DNA of 64,000 nucleotides from Chrysomallon squamiferum (taxonomy: Eukaryota; Animalia; Mollusca), in NCBI GenBank assembly GCA_012295275.1, contig CM022672.1:29698001-29762000 (forward strand), given 5' to 3'. The notes beneath the pieces were generated by a model, which was given only the letters and a program-made list of their open reading frames with translations, had not been told where the DNA came from and made no database searches. The translations under genes were made by a program, and so were the position numbers. Of this stretch, positions 10,900 to 24,921 are shown piece after piece. Position 1 is the first letter of the stretch; each line of letters starts with the position of its first letter.

Positions 10900-12280
10900 T
10901 ATTTATTTCTCTTAAAAGATAATAATTTAGAGGAACTCACCACCTACATCAGAATTACATAAAAAGCATAGTCTGTCTTCTTTTTCAGTACTGATCCATC
11001 TACCAGTTTCTGTATGAAGCTTGACATTGCTGGTTCAAAATTTAGATAATGTTCTAGAATTTATTTTTTGGTTGGCAGTTTGAACAGATAATGTTCTATT
11101 TTAAATTTGTCTTTAAACATTCTATAATTAATGCCTGTAGATGACTCACAATTATTTATACGCCATTGTTTGTAAGAACCGAAAACAAAATTATTTTAAC
11201 ATAACTGTTTAACCACAAGACATTCGCTTGGAAACATAAATATTTAATATGCAAACCACAATTGTGTAATATAGTTTTATCAAAGATAGCCAAGGACTTT
11301 GATATACCATTTAAACTATGGTAATACGATAACAACTTTTTTATAATCGTTACGGCTAACAACCTTTGCCCAAAATGTAAACATTATTTTTCTTAGCACT
11401 TACAGGCAAAGGCTTTCTCCCTAATTCACCATAACAATATAGCTTGTTGTTGACTTAACATCTAATACTTATTTGTAAAAAAATGAATGATTAAAACCCC
11501 AGATTTCACATCCATATAATAATACTGCTTTTACAATCTTGCTAAAGAAATCTAACAGAGTCAATTGATATATTAAATTAACTACATTTATTTGATACAG
11601 CAAACACTGACTTTGAAACTCGGTTGATTAAATCTTTCTTAGTATCTATGAAGGATCCAGATTCAGTTGAAACAAGCACGTGGTATTTAACTTCAGTAAC
11701 ATATAAATTTGAAATATCTCTTTTTAAATTGATTCTGGAAAAAAATCATTATTTTTGACTTGACAACTTTTTTCCCCATGTTTTACCATAAATTTCAAAA
11801 CAGTGCAGCTGATGTTGTAAATCACCTGTTGCTTCCACTAATAATACAATCAGCTTATAGCAACACAAATAACTTATGGCAAAATAAATATGTTATTGAT
11901 TATACCTTTGCAGTTTTCTGAGGGTAAAAAGTTAACTAAATCATTTAAATATAGTGAAAGTAAAACACAAAACAGTTCTTCATTTGAAACCGTGGTAATA
12001 TTAAACATTATTCTGAAACATTTACCATTAATATCATAACTAAAAGTCTTTCTATAAAGCAATATGCCATATGGAGTCAAATGCATTTTCAAAATCGATA
12101 AAACCAAAATACATATTTTTCTTCGTTCTATTTAGTAATTGAAATAAAGTATGCAGTACTCAGTTGTAGAGCAACCTTGTCGAAAACAAGACTGATTTGT
12201 TTCCAGTAATTCAACTTGATCAGAGAATAGTCAGTCTATTATTAATTATAGATGTAAATAATTCACTAGGCAACTCAATA
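10900..12280 (-). mobile_element. Highly decayed LINE ORF2 (RTE-X-like C-terminus)
   Basis: Across frameshifts: NQSCFRQGCSTT (cf. NQxGFRxGxST), LLSLYLNDL, and TSNVKLHTETGRW...RLCFLCNSDVGGEF (cf. RxSxHxLxIETGRW...RxCxxC...DEFH). Confidence 0.6.
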
Positions 12281-12827
12281 ACGTAGTTGATCTTGTCTTT
12301 TTTTTAAATTTCTGTATATACAGTACAACGATTAATCAAAAAATGTCATATCAGTTAGTGCTTGTATATTGAGTATAACACTGTTGTTGAAAAATCTATA
12401 TATGCAATACTCTATCATTCTAAAGATGTAATTTATGTTTGTATAATAAATATTGTTGTTAAAATATCTGTGTTTACAGTACTTCTATCAATCTAAAGAT
12501 GTAAGTATATTTTCTTATATATATATATATATATATATATAAAGAAGGCACTGTCAATCTAGAGCTGTAATTGGTGTTTGTATAGGTGTCCTTGTTGAAA
12601 TATCTATGTACCCTATTTTTTCATTTAAAGTTTTATGAAATAAATGTAATGTTTATGTAATGTCTTTTTTACTTACTGAAAATAATTATAACTTTTGTAC
12701 AGCATATAAAAACAATATATTTTCATATTTACATAACATACGTGTTCTTTTCTTTCTATACTTCAGAACTAGAACATTTATTATGACATACTAAGAGAGA
12801 AAAAACTGCAAAATATAGACAGCAACA

Positions 12828-12831
12828 ATGG
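12828..12831 (+). CDS. Sacsin-like gene, first coding exon (ATG G)
   Basis: gcaacaATGG|gtatgt. Phase 1 matches the next exon. An upstream acceptor at 12765-12766 suggests a further 5' UTR exon. Confidence 0.55.
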
Positions 12832-13293
12832 GTATGTGTTTTTGTTTATGTATGTTTCCCTTTATAAATTCAAATCTTCTGATATTAATTCCACTACTAA
12901 CATCTTTTTATTACTTTTTAATATATTTTTTAATACAGATCCGTTCATTTTCAGTTTGTCTCTGCATTTCATTCCATTTTACTAAAATATATATACTCTT
13001 TCTTAAATTTTAAATTTAAAGTTTTAATTTCTATATATATATATAGATATATAAAGATAAAATATTAACAAAAATTAAATAAAAAATAGAAATGAAATAA
13101 TTAGCACATATTTGATTTCTAATTTCATTTTTACTATTTCTTATGATTTATTTTATTTTTTGAAATTAATCTTTTTTGTTTGTTTTGTTCTGACGAAACA
13201 ATCCATACATATACCTTAATTTTATGTTTTTATTGCTGAATATTATACTTGTTAAAATGACTAGTCCTTGCTAATTAATGAGAGTAATTTCAG

Positions 13294-13406
13294 CCTCCTC
13301 TGGGTCTAGCAAACTAAAGGAAGGACTGGCTTGCATGAAACAGCCTAGTCTGATCAAACAGCTGAAATCAGTACTGGATCAGTATCCAAAAGGACAGATT
13401 CTAAAG
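13294..13406 (+). CDS. Sacsin-like gene, exon
   Basis: tttcag|...AAG|gtatta; translates ...CMKQPSLIKQLKSVLDQYPKGQILK, the start of the sacsin repeat (cf. ILxxYPxGGQILKE). Confidence 0.85.
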
Positions 13407-13897
13407 GTATTATTACTGTATTGTATTGTATACTATTCATTTGGTAGATAAAATTCAGAACAGTTCCATATGTTATTTCTAATTTTTAATCTTAATAAAA
13501 TAAAATGTAAAAGTTGATTGTCAAACCATTATTAAATTTAAAAAAAACCAAAAAAAGTATGATACAAAACACTTAAAAGGTCTACCAAAATTGTTTGATG
13601 ATACTATATAATATCAATTGACATCATGCGACATCATATGTGCGATCTGATAGAAATAAGCACCAAAACTTTAAAAAAGCCACTATTTCTAAATTACAAT
13701 ATCCTGAATGACGCATTAACATCATTTTGACGTTAAGTTGTCGTTATAGGTTTCTGCACAATTCGTTTTCACTGTAACTAAAAACAAAAAACACTTTGAA
13801 TCTCATCGTTTACTTTTAAAGATCAGAGCCATGGCTTGATTCCCTAACTTTTCTACAGTGTCATGTTTGACCAAGTGCTATGGAAGTAAGACTGAAT

Positions 13898-15828
13898 CAG
13901 GTGCGGGCAAACTCCGGCCCACGGGTCAGATCCGGACCGCGAAGATTTATTGTCTGGCCCGCCAAACTGTTCACAATTAGCATTACCATCCGGCTCGCGA
14001 GACAGTAAACTAAAAGTCATTGAAATGAAGTCAGTTGACACAGCTATGTTTTGTCAAAAATGTTTGGCGTCTCGAAGGCGCTCGTCGAATCAATAGTGCC
14101 CGCATTTGAATGGCTGCTTGCTTCATTCAGTTCATAAATACGAAACTATAACGATCGTTGTTTCAATCCTGCCTCAGTTACGCGGGCGAACTGAACCTCG
14201 ATAACGTCTTGCTGTCACTAACAGAACTGGTATTTGCATTTTTGCTTTTTACTATCTGTCGTATTCACCCAGTCAAGCATGTCCGCAACCTCGCATTTAA
14301 AACGGAGAAAAGTGAATATGGAAAGTTTGACATTCAACTCTGAGTGGACGGAGAAGTACTTTTGCATTGGACAGGCTCAGTGCCTGATCTGTTTGAAAAC
14401 AGTTGCTGTTTTCAAAGAGTTTAATGTGCGCTGCCATTGGGAAACAGCACATCGCTCGTAAACTTTGCTTCAATGTCTGCTGCTGAGAAAAACTGTCAGG
14501 CAATCTCTAAAAGGGCACTTTGATCTTTCGTAAACAGATATCTCAGCTTGAAAAAGTGGCACATGCCAGTTACGAATTTCACGACCCCTTGTTCAACGGA
14601 TGAACCCATTGTCTGATGCAGATTTTGTCAAGAAATGTCTCATGACTGATGTGAATTCTGTTTCCCTAGAACAACGTTCAATCGAGGAGAATATCAGTCT
14701 ATTGTCTCGTACTATTTGTCGTCGCGGTCTAATGTCAGACAGTGCGCAAGATTCATAGAAAGTAAGTGTTCGACCTTTGCCGTCTTGTCTCTTGCTCTTG
14801 ACGAGAGCACTAATATATTTGAAAGACACAGCCAAATTGGCTGTTTTCATACGTGGAGTCACTTCTGTCCTCGAGGTGCATGAAGAGTTCTTGGAGATGT
14901 TCCACTATATGACACCACCAGTGGAAAAGACATGTTCAATGCCTTACTTCAGTGTATGGAGCACCACTCCCTTGATCTCTCCCGTCTTGTAAGTGTAACA
15001 ACTGATGGTGCACTGGCAGTAATTGGAGAGAATAAAGGTGCGGCCTCTTTGTGAGGTTCTTGGACACAATCAGACCATCCACAACCTACACTCCATCATC
15101 CACCAAGAATCCTTATGGGCCAGGTCTGCAAATCTCGTTGAAGTCATGTCAGTTGTGGTGAAGGTTGTCAGTTCCATACTTCACAGTCTGAAATATCGCC
15201 TGTTCCTGGTACTGATGGATGAAGTCAATGCGCACTACGGTGACCTGCTCTACTTTTCTCATGTGCGCTGGCTGAGTCGTGGAGCATTGGTGTCTCGTGT
15301 ATGGGACCTGCAACAAGAAATTGTCACTTTTCTTCATGAGAAGAACCTCCCTTTTACAGACTCAAAGTGGGTTGCCTGCCTGGCTTTTCTCACGGATATC
15401 ATCATACACCTCAACACTCTCAGTGCAATGCAGTGATGAATTAACAGTTAAGTTGCGCACTACTTTCGTAATGTCATCCTTCCATCTGGCAAATTTCCAC
15501 AATTTATTAAACATGTTAGGCGCATTGTAGCTGTGTTCAAAAATATATTTTGCGGTGAACAACTGTTCTCGAAAATACAACTCTCTGACCGCCATCTAAA
15601 TGATATTGTTTGCTAGTCCACCACGTCAATTAAGCCTGCCATTGAATCGCTGCTTCATGGTATGCAACACCATCTCATTAACTGTTCTAACATTCGTTCA
15701 AAGTGAATTTAATGTTTACATAAAATAAACGTTTTGAAATCTTGTTTGTTCTCATTTCTTATTCTGGCCCTCATGCTCTTCATATAAGATCCATGCAACC
15801 CCGGTTTTATAAAGTTTGCCCGCCAGTG
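13898..15828 (+). mobile_element. hAT (Buster/Charlie, GTF2IRD2-like) transposon, decayed
   Basis: Imperfect TIRs caggtgcgggcaaact / agtttgcccgccagtg. Transposase pieces KRRKV...FNSEW...CLIC...HWETAH (BED finger), SLALDES..DTAKLAVFIRGV, HSIIHQESL and VRWLSRG. The flanking 8-mers match only 5/8. Confidence 0.88.
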
Positions 15829-16520
15829 CTCTAAATGTTTGTCACAGATCTCAAATTATTCAAATATTCTTATCTAAAAATGTGGGATATGATATCAACC
15901 CAGTATGCATGCAATGAAAAGCAGCTGAATAATCAACTGATCACCTATCAGGCCTTTTAGAAAATTGGGTTATTGATTTGTTATTAGAACAAATGTACAA
16001 AAGAAGACACTTTTCAAATAGCGTCTTGACCAAAAATGTTTCATGATACAATAGGAGAATCAATAGTTCCATGTCTTCTCCAGTAAGAGTTGTGTTTATG
16101 TGTCTGACAGTCAGCATCTCCTTCTTTAATAATTAGATTAGAGTGACAAGAATTCTTCTTATTTTCACAATAAAGACTGTTTCAGATGAGATGATAACAT
16201 AAGAGTGATGTTTTTCTAGTTATTCCTAATGTGTATCCTTTATTGATGGTATTTCAAGACAGCTATCGAATATCTCCTGGATATGACCAATAGTCTCTCT
16301 GGTAGAGTAATGCAGGGTCGATAGTTCTCATAGTGTCAACCTTTCCCCATGATCTGCTTTTCTGCTGTTAACATTATCCTAATTAAGAACTCCAGTTACT
16401 GAATTTCTCAATTTAGGATTCATAGCGAATGGAGTGTATCCGTCTTAAAATTTCTAAATACATTTGGATTCCTTGACTCGAGCTCCTTTATGTTTCATAG
16501 GTAAAGATACACTTACTTTA
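15829..16520 (-). pseudogene. Decayed PIN/FEN1-like nuclease-family repeat ORF
   Basis: Motifs in order across frameshifts: EIFDSCLEIPSIKDTH, KEGDADC, TLTGEDMELLILLLYH, QLLFI/HAY..DIISHIF (cf. VFDGY..PSIKDxTH, GDAD, GEDTDLLVLL, LLFxHAxTGCDTTS). Confidence 0.55.
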
Positions 16521-16755
16521 ACAATCAGAATTAGCAAAACTCATATCACAATTCATCAAGATTACAAATGTAGATAATGTTAGAAATGTTGCATGTTGGG
16601 CACTAGGATATGTATCAATGACTGGTAGAAAAGTGATATTCGATTTCCAGTTCTACTCAGACTTACTATGCAATGCACAATGAGCAATATTCCAACTGTC
16701 AGATGTTGGGAGAAATTGTTTCTGCATTAACTGATGACCTTGGACAAAATAGCAA

Positions 16756-16802
<47 letters not shown>

Positions 16803-16972
16803 ACAAGCATATTGCTTAACATGTTTTGGGGGATTCAGCCATTATTTTTCATATATAGGTCTGACTAACATGAGAAATATAGATGGACATCAGCCGTATC
16901 AATTTCAGATCAAAGTACTACTACTACTACTACAACTACTACTACTATACTACTACTACAACTACAACTACA

Positions 16973-17011
<39 letters not shown>

Positions 17012-17158
17012 GGTAGTACTATTACATTATATTACAATCACATTATCATGGCAACTATTAGGTACCACTACGATCACTACTACTACTTCTGCTACTTTTT
17101 ATACCTACTGATTGCCATCACAACTATTATTAGGATAAGTACTACAACTGTTTTACAG

Positions 17159-17284
17159 GAAATAATACAGAATGCTGAAGATGCAGGTGCAAAGGAGGTG
17201 AAAGTTTTGTATGAAAAACAACAATGTAACAAGTCAGAAGACTTGGCTAAGCTGAATTACCCGTGTCATGTGAAAGCACTGCAG
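17159..17284 (+). CDS. Sacsin-like gene, exon (HSP90-like ATPase motif)
   Basis: ttacag|...CAG|gtacgt, 126 bp; EIIQNAEDAGAKEVKVLY...ALQ. Confidence 0.92.
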
Positions 17285-18011
17285 GTACGTCAGTGAAATG
17301 AAGTTTAAATGATATCTCAGTGAATGAAGAACAAAGTAACAAGATATGTTCATTGAAAAACTGAATGTAAAACTGATAATGGTTTAACATTTTTAAGCAT
17401 CAAACGTTATCATTGTTGTTGTTGTTGTTGTTATTGTTGTAATTACTATTAATAATATGATATTAGAAATTATCAGGGTTCACCAATATAATATAAATCA
17501 GTTGTGTAGACAAACACGATGGAAAACAATCAAACTTCAGTCTATTGCTTCAAAAAATATGTTATTTATAATATATTTTCTTAATAAGAAATAACTGAGA
17601 CACATCTGAGTAAGCGCCAACCTAAAACATAATAAAATAAAAAAGAAAATGCTTTCTAATAACAATACTAAAACAGATAACATTTGAACATAAAGAGTTG
17701 GGAAATGTGGCTGACACTGGTGACAAAGTCTACCTTCTTGCTGTTCTGAACGACTGATAAAGCCACTGAGGCATTTTTCCTATTCTGCTAGTGTCATTTG
17801 CACTTTGTTAAAAAAAAATCTTCTAACCATGGAATGTATATTCTATCCAAAATAATCTCAGCCTCGGTATGAAGATGACAAAAAAAACATAAATGTTTTC
17901 TTTCTTTATTTTTTTTTATTACAAATATAAAAATAGGAGACAAATCTACTGGCTGAAATTATCTATCCAGTAATGAAACTATACTTACACACTTTTTTCT
18001 TTTATTTACAG

Positions 18012-18159
18012 GGTCCTGGCCTCTGTGTGTTCAATGATGCACTGTTCACTGAAAACGACTGGGAAGGAATCCAGATGATCCAAAGCAGCAACAAAGAACA
18101 AGACCGTCTTAAAGTTGGACGCTATGGGCTGGGATTCAAATCTGTATTTCACTTCACAG
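18012..18159 (+). CDS. Sacsin-like gene, exon
   Basis: ttacag|...AG|gtac, 148 bp; GPGLCVFNDALFTENDWEGIQ...KVGRYGLGFKSVFHFT. Confidence 0.92.
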
Positions 18160-18511
18160 GTACAACAGATAATAAGAATTAATAGATTATTGCTACACAT
18201 TAAATTCATAGCTAGCATAGATTAAAAAAGTACACTCTTCTATTCCATCATAAACTATTTGAATGTTAAATTATCAAATACATTTTTACTTCTCTTTTAC
18301 TTGTTTCTTTGTCTCTTTATTAAAATAAATTGATCTGACAAAGAAAAAGAAAAATAAATAAAATAAAATAAAATAAAATATAATAAAATATAATAAATAA
18401 ATAAATAAATAAAACATTAAACAAATATCAGCTTTTGTTTAAAGCAGTAATATTGTTTTACTATTGGTAAACTGTTTTAAACAGATTTAAAAAAGCTATT
18501 TTTTGTTTCAG

Positions 18512-20023
18512 ACTGGCTTTGCATTGTCAGTGGGGAATGGATCCTTTTCATTAATCCACATCAACCAAAAGATGACGTCTGTCTCATGAGGAAACTACAG
18601 AATTTGGACGCCGAAACACTGGCAGCAATAATTAATGTCTTTGGAGGAACATTTGATTTTTCACAATCTTTCCTAAATAGTAGATTCTACAATGGCACTT
18701 TATTTTGGTTTCCACTGCGGCTTGTTAAATCCAATCTTTCACAAAACGTGTATACAGAAGAAAATATAACAAATATCTTTGCAAATTTCATTTCTGAGGC
18801 AGAAATGATTCTTCTTTTTCTAAAGTCTCTTGAGAATATATCTCTTTTTACAAGAGATGGCTCCTTGACAAATGCAGAAACTGTTTTTGTTGTAAAGATA
18901 GGAGAAAAGTATTTAAATTCTATTCATAGGGAAAAGGAACTATTTCAGATGGAATGTGAAAATGCTGGTGGCAATCTCCCACATAAGTCATTTCATTCTA
19001 CATATCGGTTTTCTGTTGAAACCATAACGTTTAGTTATGGACATCCTACCATATACAAGTCAAAAGATTGGATGGTGGTGAATTTCTACTTGGGAGAACC
19101 AGTATCTTTGACCCTCAGAAATCTTTGTTCTGACACTGACCTCTCTTACTTACCTTATGTTGGTCTTGCTTATCCTCTGACAGACGAAGACACAATGAAA
19201 GGACACATTTTTTGTTTTCTACCTCTGCCTCTTAGTGCAGAAAATAATACAGGCTTGCCTGTTCACGTCAATGGTTTTTTTGCACTAACTCAAGATCGCA
19301 GGGAAATTAAATGGTCACCAGATAAGGAAAAACAAGATGAATGGAATCACTGCCTAATTTCAGAAGCTCTTCCTGAAGCTTACATTATACTCATTCAAGA
19401 ACTCAGGAAATTATCCCAGGAAAGAAATAACAGTTCTGAAGATATTAATCTCTTTTATGGTTCATTTCCTGATGAGTCAAAGATCACTGCTCATTGGATA
19501 GACTTCTTAGAGCCATTTCACAGAAAACTGTTTAAAACAAAGGCATTTTTCACTGAAGGAGGTGGAGGAAAATGGCTTCTAATGGAAAATATTATTCTTG
19601 CTCTTAGTGAGGAACCATCAGTTGAACCATCAGTTTTCAGTACAGTCACAAAGGCTTATCTGGATTATGGAAGAAATGTTGTGAAGCTTCCAGATCATAT
19701 TGTGAAAAAGATTGTGAGTTATGTGTCCAAAGTTAGCCCAGAAGGGTTGTGTAATTTGCTGAAAACATCAGATCTGTACATTCGCTACAGTGACGAGGAA
19801 AAACAACATCTTTTGAGATATGCTCTCCTTTCATCTTCATACACATGTCTTGAAGGACTAGCTTTGCTTCCTGTGGCTGATGGATCATTTCAGACATTCG
19901 CAAAGCAGAACATCTTTTTCTGTCCCGAGAAAATTCACGTATTTCCAAGTTTGGAACGTTTTCTAGTCAGTGCGACTGTTGATCATTTTGTCCAGAAAAA
20001 GTTGTTTTATATGGCTGAAAAAG
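18512..20023 (+). CDS. Sacsin-like gene, exon
   Basis: tttcag|...G|gtgtga, 1512 bp, open and phase-compatible; GTLFWFPLR, ILLFLKSLENI, GHIFCFLPLP, TGLPVHVNGFFAL..DRR, WNHCL. Confidence 0.92.
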
Positions 20024-20372
20024 GTGTGAAACATATATAGAAAATATTAAAAGAATGCAGAACTCTTTCTGTAACATATTGGTACAATTTGTTATTTATA
20101 AAAAAAAAGAAGTTAAAATTAAAAGTGAAAATAACTTTTTAAATTAAATTATAATATTTTAATGGTTGAGAAATAAATTAAATGCATTTTGTCTTCAGTA
20201 GGTATTGTTATTTCACATACTATGCCATCATTTATTACATTATTTTGTATTGATTTCTCTCTCCATCTTTGCTAGCAAAGGATTTAGATGTATGTTTAAA
20301 TGTATGACAACAAAACTATAGTGCATCTTTTAATAAAATAAAATTTTAAAGGTACATTAATTTTTTTTTCAG

Positions 20373-22031
20373 GATGGAATAACATTTTTAAAGTCACTGC
20401 AGAGACATTTCCACAAATAATCAGATCGTGTTTAAGAAACAACAAACTTTATGATTTACAATATGTGCAGAGACTGTCACCCACTTTAGGTGAAACATGG
20501 CTAAAAGAATTATGGATTTTATCACAAGAATTAGGTGTAGACATGATGTCATCAATGCAAGATATGCCTCTAGTACCAGAATATACTGATGATAAAATTA
20601 TATTACATCCTTTGACAGGCAACTTTATAGCAGCAACACTGGTTGGATTTGAAAACCTTTCTGAAGACATCTCCCAGTGCTTACAGAAATTGGGAGTTGT
20701 AGTCTTGCCTTCAGTTCCTGATTATGTTCAGTCAGTCCTACTAGTAGGTAGCATGATTCCTTTCCCCACTCCAAAAGGTGTTATAAAGACACTGTGTCAA
20801 GTTTCAAAGGAAAATATTCAGAATTTCAATGATACAGCAGATGAATTTATGAAAACTAAGTTTGCGGAATTCCTATCTTTAAGCACAGATACATCCTCCA
20901 GTGAAAAGAGAATATTAAGGTTACTGAAAATATTCACAACATCAGAAGGAAGATGTGTCTCAGTTGAAGAACTGGATGAAATAGCACCCACCGAACCAAT
21001 TCCTGTTTCATATCCATCAGAGTATTTACATGGCCTATCTACTTCATCACGTAAACTAGCTATACAACTGGGAGCTAAAGAAGTTTCCATTCATCAGCTA
21101 ATTTGCAAAGTTCTTGATGTCATGACATTCCTAAACCAAAAGCATTATAATATAAAAGAAATACAAATTTTCATGAGATTTCTCTCTGAAAACAGTCATG
21201 TTTATCTTCATAACATAGAAATTAGTCAAAAAGCTTCAGAGATCCATTTCTTGCCTTCCTGTAGAAAGGAAGAATTTCAAAGAGCAAAAGATTTGTTTGA
21301 TCCTCTTAGTCCATTCCTGCAAAAACTCTTCTATGGGGAAGATATGTTTCCTAGCGATGAATTTTGCCAGCCTTATATGCTATCTGGTTTGGAGAAGCTG
21401 GGACTGAAAAAATATCAAAATGTAACTTCAAAAGAAATCTGTAATTCAGTTTCATTAATCGAAAGTATTCTTGAACTTTTTCACGAGCCAAAGATGATTA
21501 GAGAAAAAGCAAACGCTATTTTCGTTAGTTTGGCAAAATGCGATATTTCAGAACATGAGTTAGCAAAAATAAAATCATCTCGATGGATGCCAGTTCTGAC
21601 TGAAAGACCTTCATCTTACCCTCAGCGTCTCCCTTTTGCTGGTGAAAATGAGGAAAGTATTGGCAGACCAACAAACATGTGCCATTTCTCTCATCTAAGC
21701 TTAGTAGGTTCTGTGCAAGCTGTCACCAAAGACAATTTGTTAATCACCAAGAATGATTATTTCCAGAATCCACGCGAAGATGTTGTTGTCGAACACATGA
21801 AAAATATCATAGAGACATATTGTGCAGAGGAACATCAGATGTACATGACGCAGTTAAATGATGTGTACCGCTATTTCAGTGAAATTACACTATCAACAAA
21901 AATTCAAATCAAGTTAGCAACTATGAATGTTCTATGGATTGGTGAAGACGTTGGATTTGTTAAGCCAGAAAACGTATGGACAGAATACCAGTCTTCAGAT
22001 ATTGATCTCAAGCCTTACCGGTATACAATAC
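20373..22031 (+). CDS. Sacsin-like gene, large exon truncated by the assembly gap
   Basis: ttttcag| acceptor; open to the N run; AKDLFDP...LQKLFYGEDMFP...LEKLGLK, WMPV...PSSYP..LPF, LVGSV. Confidence 0.9.
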
Positions 22032-22231
22032 NNNNNNNNNNNNNNNNNNNNNNNNNNNNNNNNNNNNNNNNNNNNNNNNNNNNNNNNNNNNNNNNNNNNN
22101 NNNNNNNNNNNNNNNNNNNNNNNNNNNNNNNNNNNNNNNNNNNNNNNNNNNNNNNNNNNNNNNNNNNNNNNNNNNNNNNNNNNNNNNNNNNNNNNNNNNN
22201 NNNNNNNNNNNNNNNNNNNNNNNNNNNNNNN
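22032..22231. other. Assembly gap (200 N)
   Basis: Run of N. Confidence 1.
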
Positions 22232-22487
22232 TCTTTCATGAAACTTGTGTATCAGGGTCCTGTGCGCTAAACAAAAACATCAGATTTTCATGAAAGAAGA
22301 CAGAAGATAAGAAAAAGAGAAAAGAACAAGTAATGAACATCAAAACATTATGTTATTAATGGTTAGTATGTTTAAATTATTATTAATTTGTTTTTATTAT
22401 TCTTGTTGTTGAACTTGTTTATATTTCAAGAACAATAACAAAATCCTAGCTGTTTATATTGATATCGCTGTTCTGAAGGTGTATTAT

Positions 22488-22578
22488 TGTTCAGTGAAAC
22501 GTAATATCTTCCTGGTGTATGATTTGTCTAATTCTCTCAAGAATGTACCATCAACACCACCACCAGTAACAACATAAA

Positions 22579-22581
<3 letters not shown>
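22488..22581 (+). repeat. 94-bp inverted repeat, left arm (partner 26945-27038)
   Basis: Reverse complement of 26945-27038 with one mismatch. Confidence 0.9.
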
Positions 22582-22615
<34 letters not shown>

Positions 22616-23460
22616 TTTTAAAAACTTACTATATCCAGGAATCGTTTGTTCTGACTGTAAAATCAAATAACAAACCAGAAATTTAAGACCTATCCAGCAC
22701 TCAGACCATAGCACTCAGACAAAACCAACAAGAAAGTAAAACTGCGAGTTGAGACAAGACTTGCTGTTATGACGCACCAATCAGAAACAAATAAAAGCAC
22801 CCTCTGACATATTGTAGTAAAAAGTTCTTTACAAATATGATTTGAATAATGGAGAGTATATCTGTTGAATTAAAGAGACTGGAGTTAAATTTTGATCCAC
22901 GAAAACATGTTTTACCCGTACTGACCACACACAAGACTTTTCGTATACATTCTATTATCAGAGGTGTCGCAATATTCCTGTATTGTCAACTGTTATATAA
23001 GAATATAAAACACACCATTTATTTATTTATTTTTGTGTACTTATTTCACTTAATGCAGGTCTTATTGAGATAGATACTGTGAAATCGTTTTATCTATGCA
23101 GATCGTTTGACTAGAGGGACTGACTGCCATGCTGTCACTGTTCATGCGATAAAACAGATAATAATAATAAAAACTGTAGCATTTAAGGTAATATAAAAGC
23201 ATTATTAATACAACCAGGTATATGAATTGAAAACCATAATGACAGATAATCTTGGATTTCGCAATAAGTTGTATTTCGTACATAGCAGAGGGCTAGGCTG
23301 AGTGTAGTGAAAACAGATCAGTTGACTCTTCTACAAGGAGACTACAGTTTCGTTGCTAAGAGGTCAGTACTTAATGTCATTCACAACATGTATCCAGGCC
23401 ATGCACGAATGGAAATAGTATTTAAAAAGAACCAGAGCGAAATGTAATCTGTTCATATTA

Positions 23461-23523
<63 letters not shown>

Positions 23524-23527
<4 letters not shown>

Positions 23528-24921
23528 CTAACAAAAAGGAAACAAAGAGTAGATTTTATTGACATTGGGAATATCTATCTAATGGATCGAGAGAAAGCAG
23601 CAGAATGTTCATATTTTACACACACTTTCGCAATTCATTAATATTGATGGTATTACATCGAACATTTTAAAGTTCAAGGAGATAAGAATATAATATCAAT
23701 ACCTTGTGTGCCCACCATGGGAGTCCAAAACTACCTGACATCTCCTTCCCATGGCAGTAATGACATTACGAATTACACCCTGTGGAATGATGTCCCACTC
23801 TGTCTGTATTAATAATTGCAACTGAGCACGATTCTCTGGTTGTGGTTGATGTTGTCTCAGTTGTCTATCCAACTCGTCCCATAAATGCTCTATAGGGTTC
23901 AATTCTGGATATTTCGAGGGCTAGGGCAGGACGTGAATGTTATTGTTGTGTAGGTACGCTGGTGTGGCTTCATCACGGTATCTCTGTGCCGTTAGGTTGC
24001 CGTGGATGTGAACCAGGTTGGTCCTGCCAGTGCATGAGATTGCTGCGCACGCCATCACACTACCAAGGCTTCCTGTATGCAGTTTGCAGCAAAACGTTCA
24101 TCACGACGTCTGTAAACTCGACATCTTCCATCAGCTCGACGAAGCAGAAATCGAGCCTTGTCAATAAACCAGACAGTTCTTCATCGAAATTAAGGCTAGA
24201 CGCTGTGCATTTGACACCACTGACGTCGTAGTCGACGATGTTGTTGAGTCAAAACCACTCTTTTTACAGGCCGTCTGGCTCGAAAACCTGCCTCACGTAG
24301 ACGATTGCTCACTGTCTGAGCTGATATTCTACGCAGACCTGGTACTGCTGAAGCAGTAGAGGTTGCCGTGGTGGTTCTTTCCCGCAGATGAAGTACCCGT
24401 ATGTAGCGGTCCTGGACCCTGGTGGTTACACGTGGTCTACCTGATCTGGGACGGTCACGTGTTGTTTGATATTGCTAGAACGAATACCACAACTCAAGAT
24501 GGTGCTTGTGGATACATGGAACACCCGGGCTACGGCCGAGAAGGATTCGCCAGCTTGTAAACGGCCGATGGCGTTGTTTCGTTGCGGTTCACTCAGTCGT
24601 GGCATTTGTTTGATGTTGTGTCAGAAGAAAAATAACGAACTGAAGTAATCGAAAACCTTGCATTTTTATAACCCTCGTATTCAAGTTTCATGTGCCGCAC
24701 GTGCACATGCACTGGTAACGTGGTTTGCATGCGGGGACGTTTTCCCTAATAAACACGATCATAGCCTTTATTTTGTGTTTCCTGCTTTTTGGCGACTGTG
24801 ACAATAGCTATACGTTTGAATCACCAAATGTCATTATATTCATAGTTTGTACATCGATATGTGTCAGTTTACAATAGTTATCTAAGAAATCAACCATTTT
24901 TGTTTCTTTTTTGGAAGAGTA
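23524..24921 (-). mobile_element. Tc1 transposon with a defective transposase (ATG 24605, stop 23696)
   Basis: Imperfect TIRs tactctaacaaaaaggaaacaaa / tttgtttcttttttggaagagta. MPRLSEPQRNNAIGRLQAGES...STI (HTH), RRADGRCRVYRRRDERFA and LNPIEHLWDELDRQLR...GGHTRY; stops and an internal deletion. Confidence 0.9.

Noticed and set aside
16883-17158. Poly-Tyr/Thr N-terminus on the sacsin ORF
   Set aside because: This is an intronic (TAC)n microsatellite upstream of the acceptor at 17157-17158.
22232-22270. Sacsin C-terminus after the gap
   Set aside because: An artefact of translating through N; no sacsin-like sequence follows the gap.
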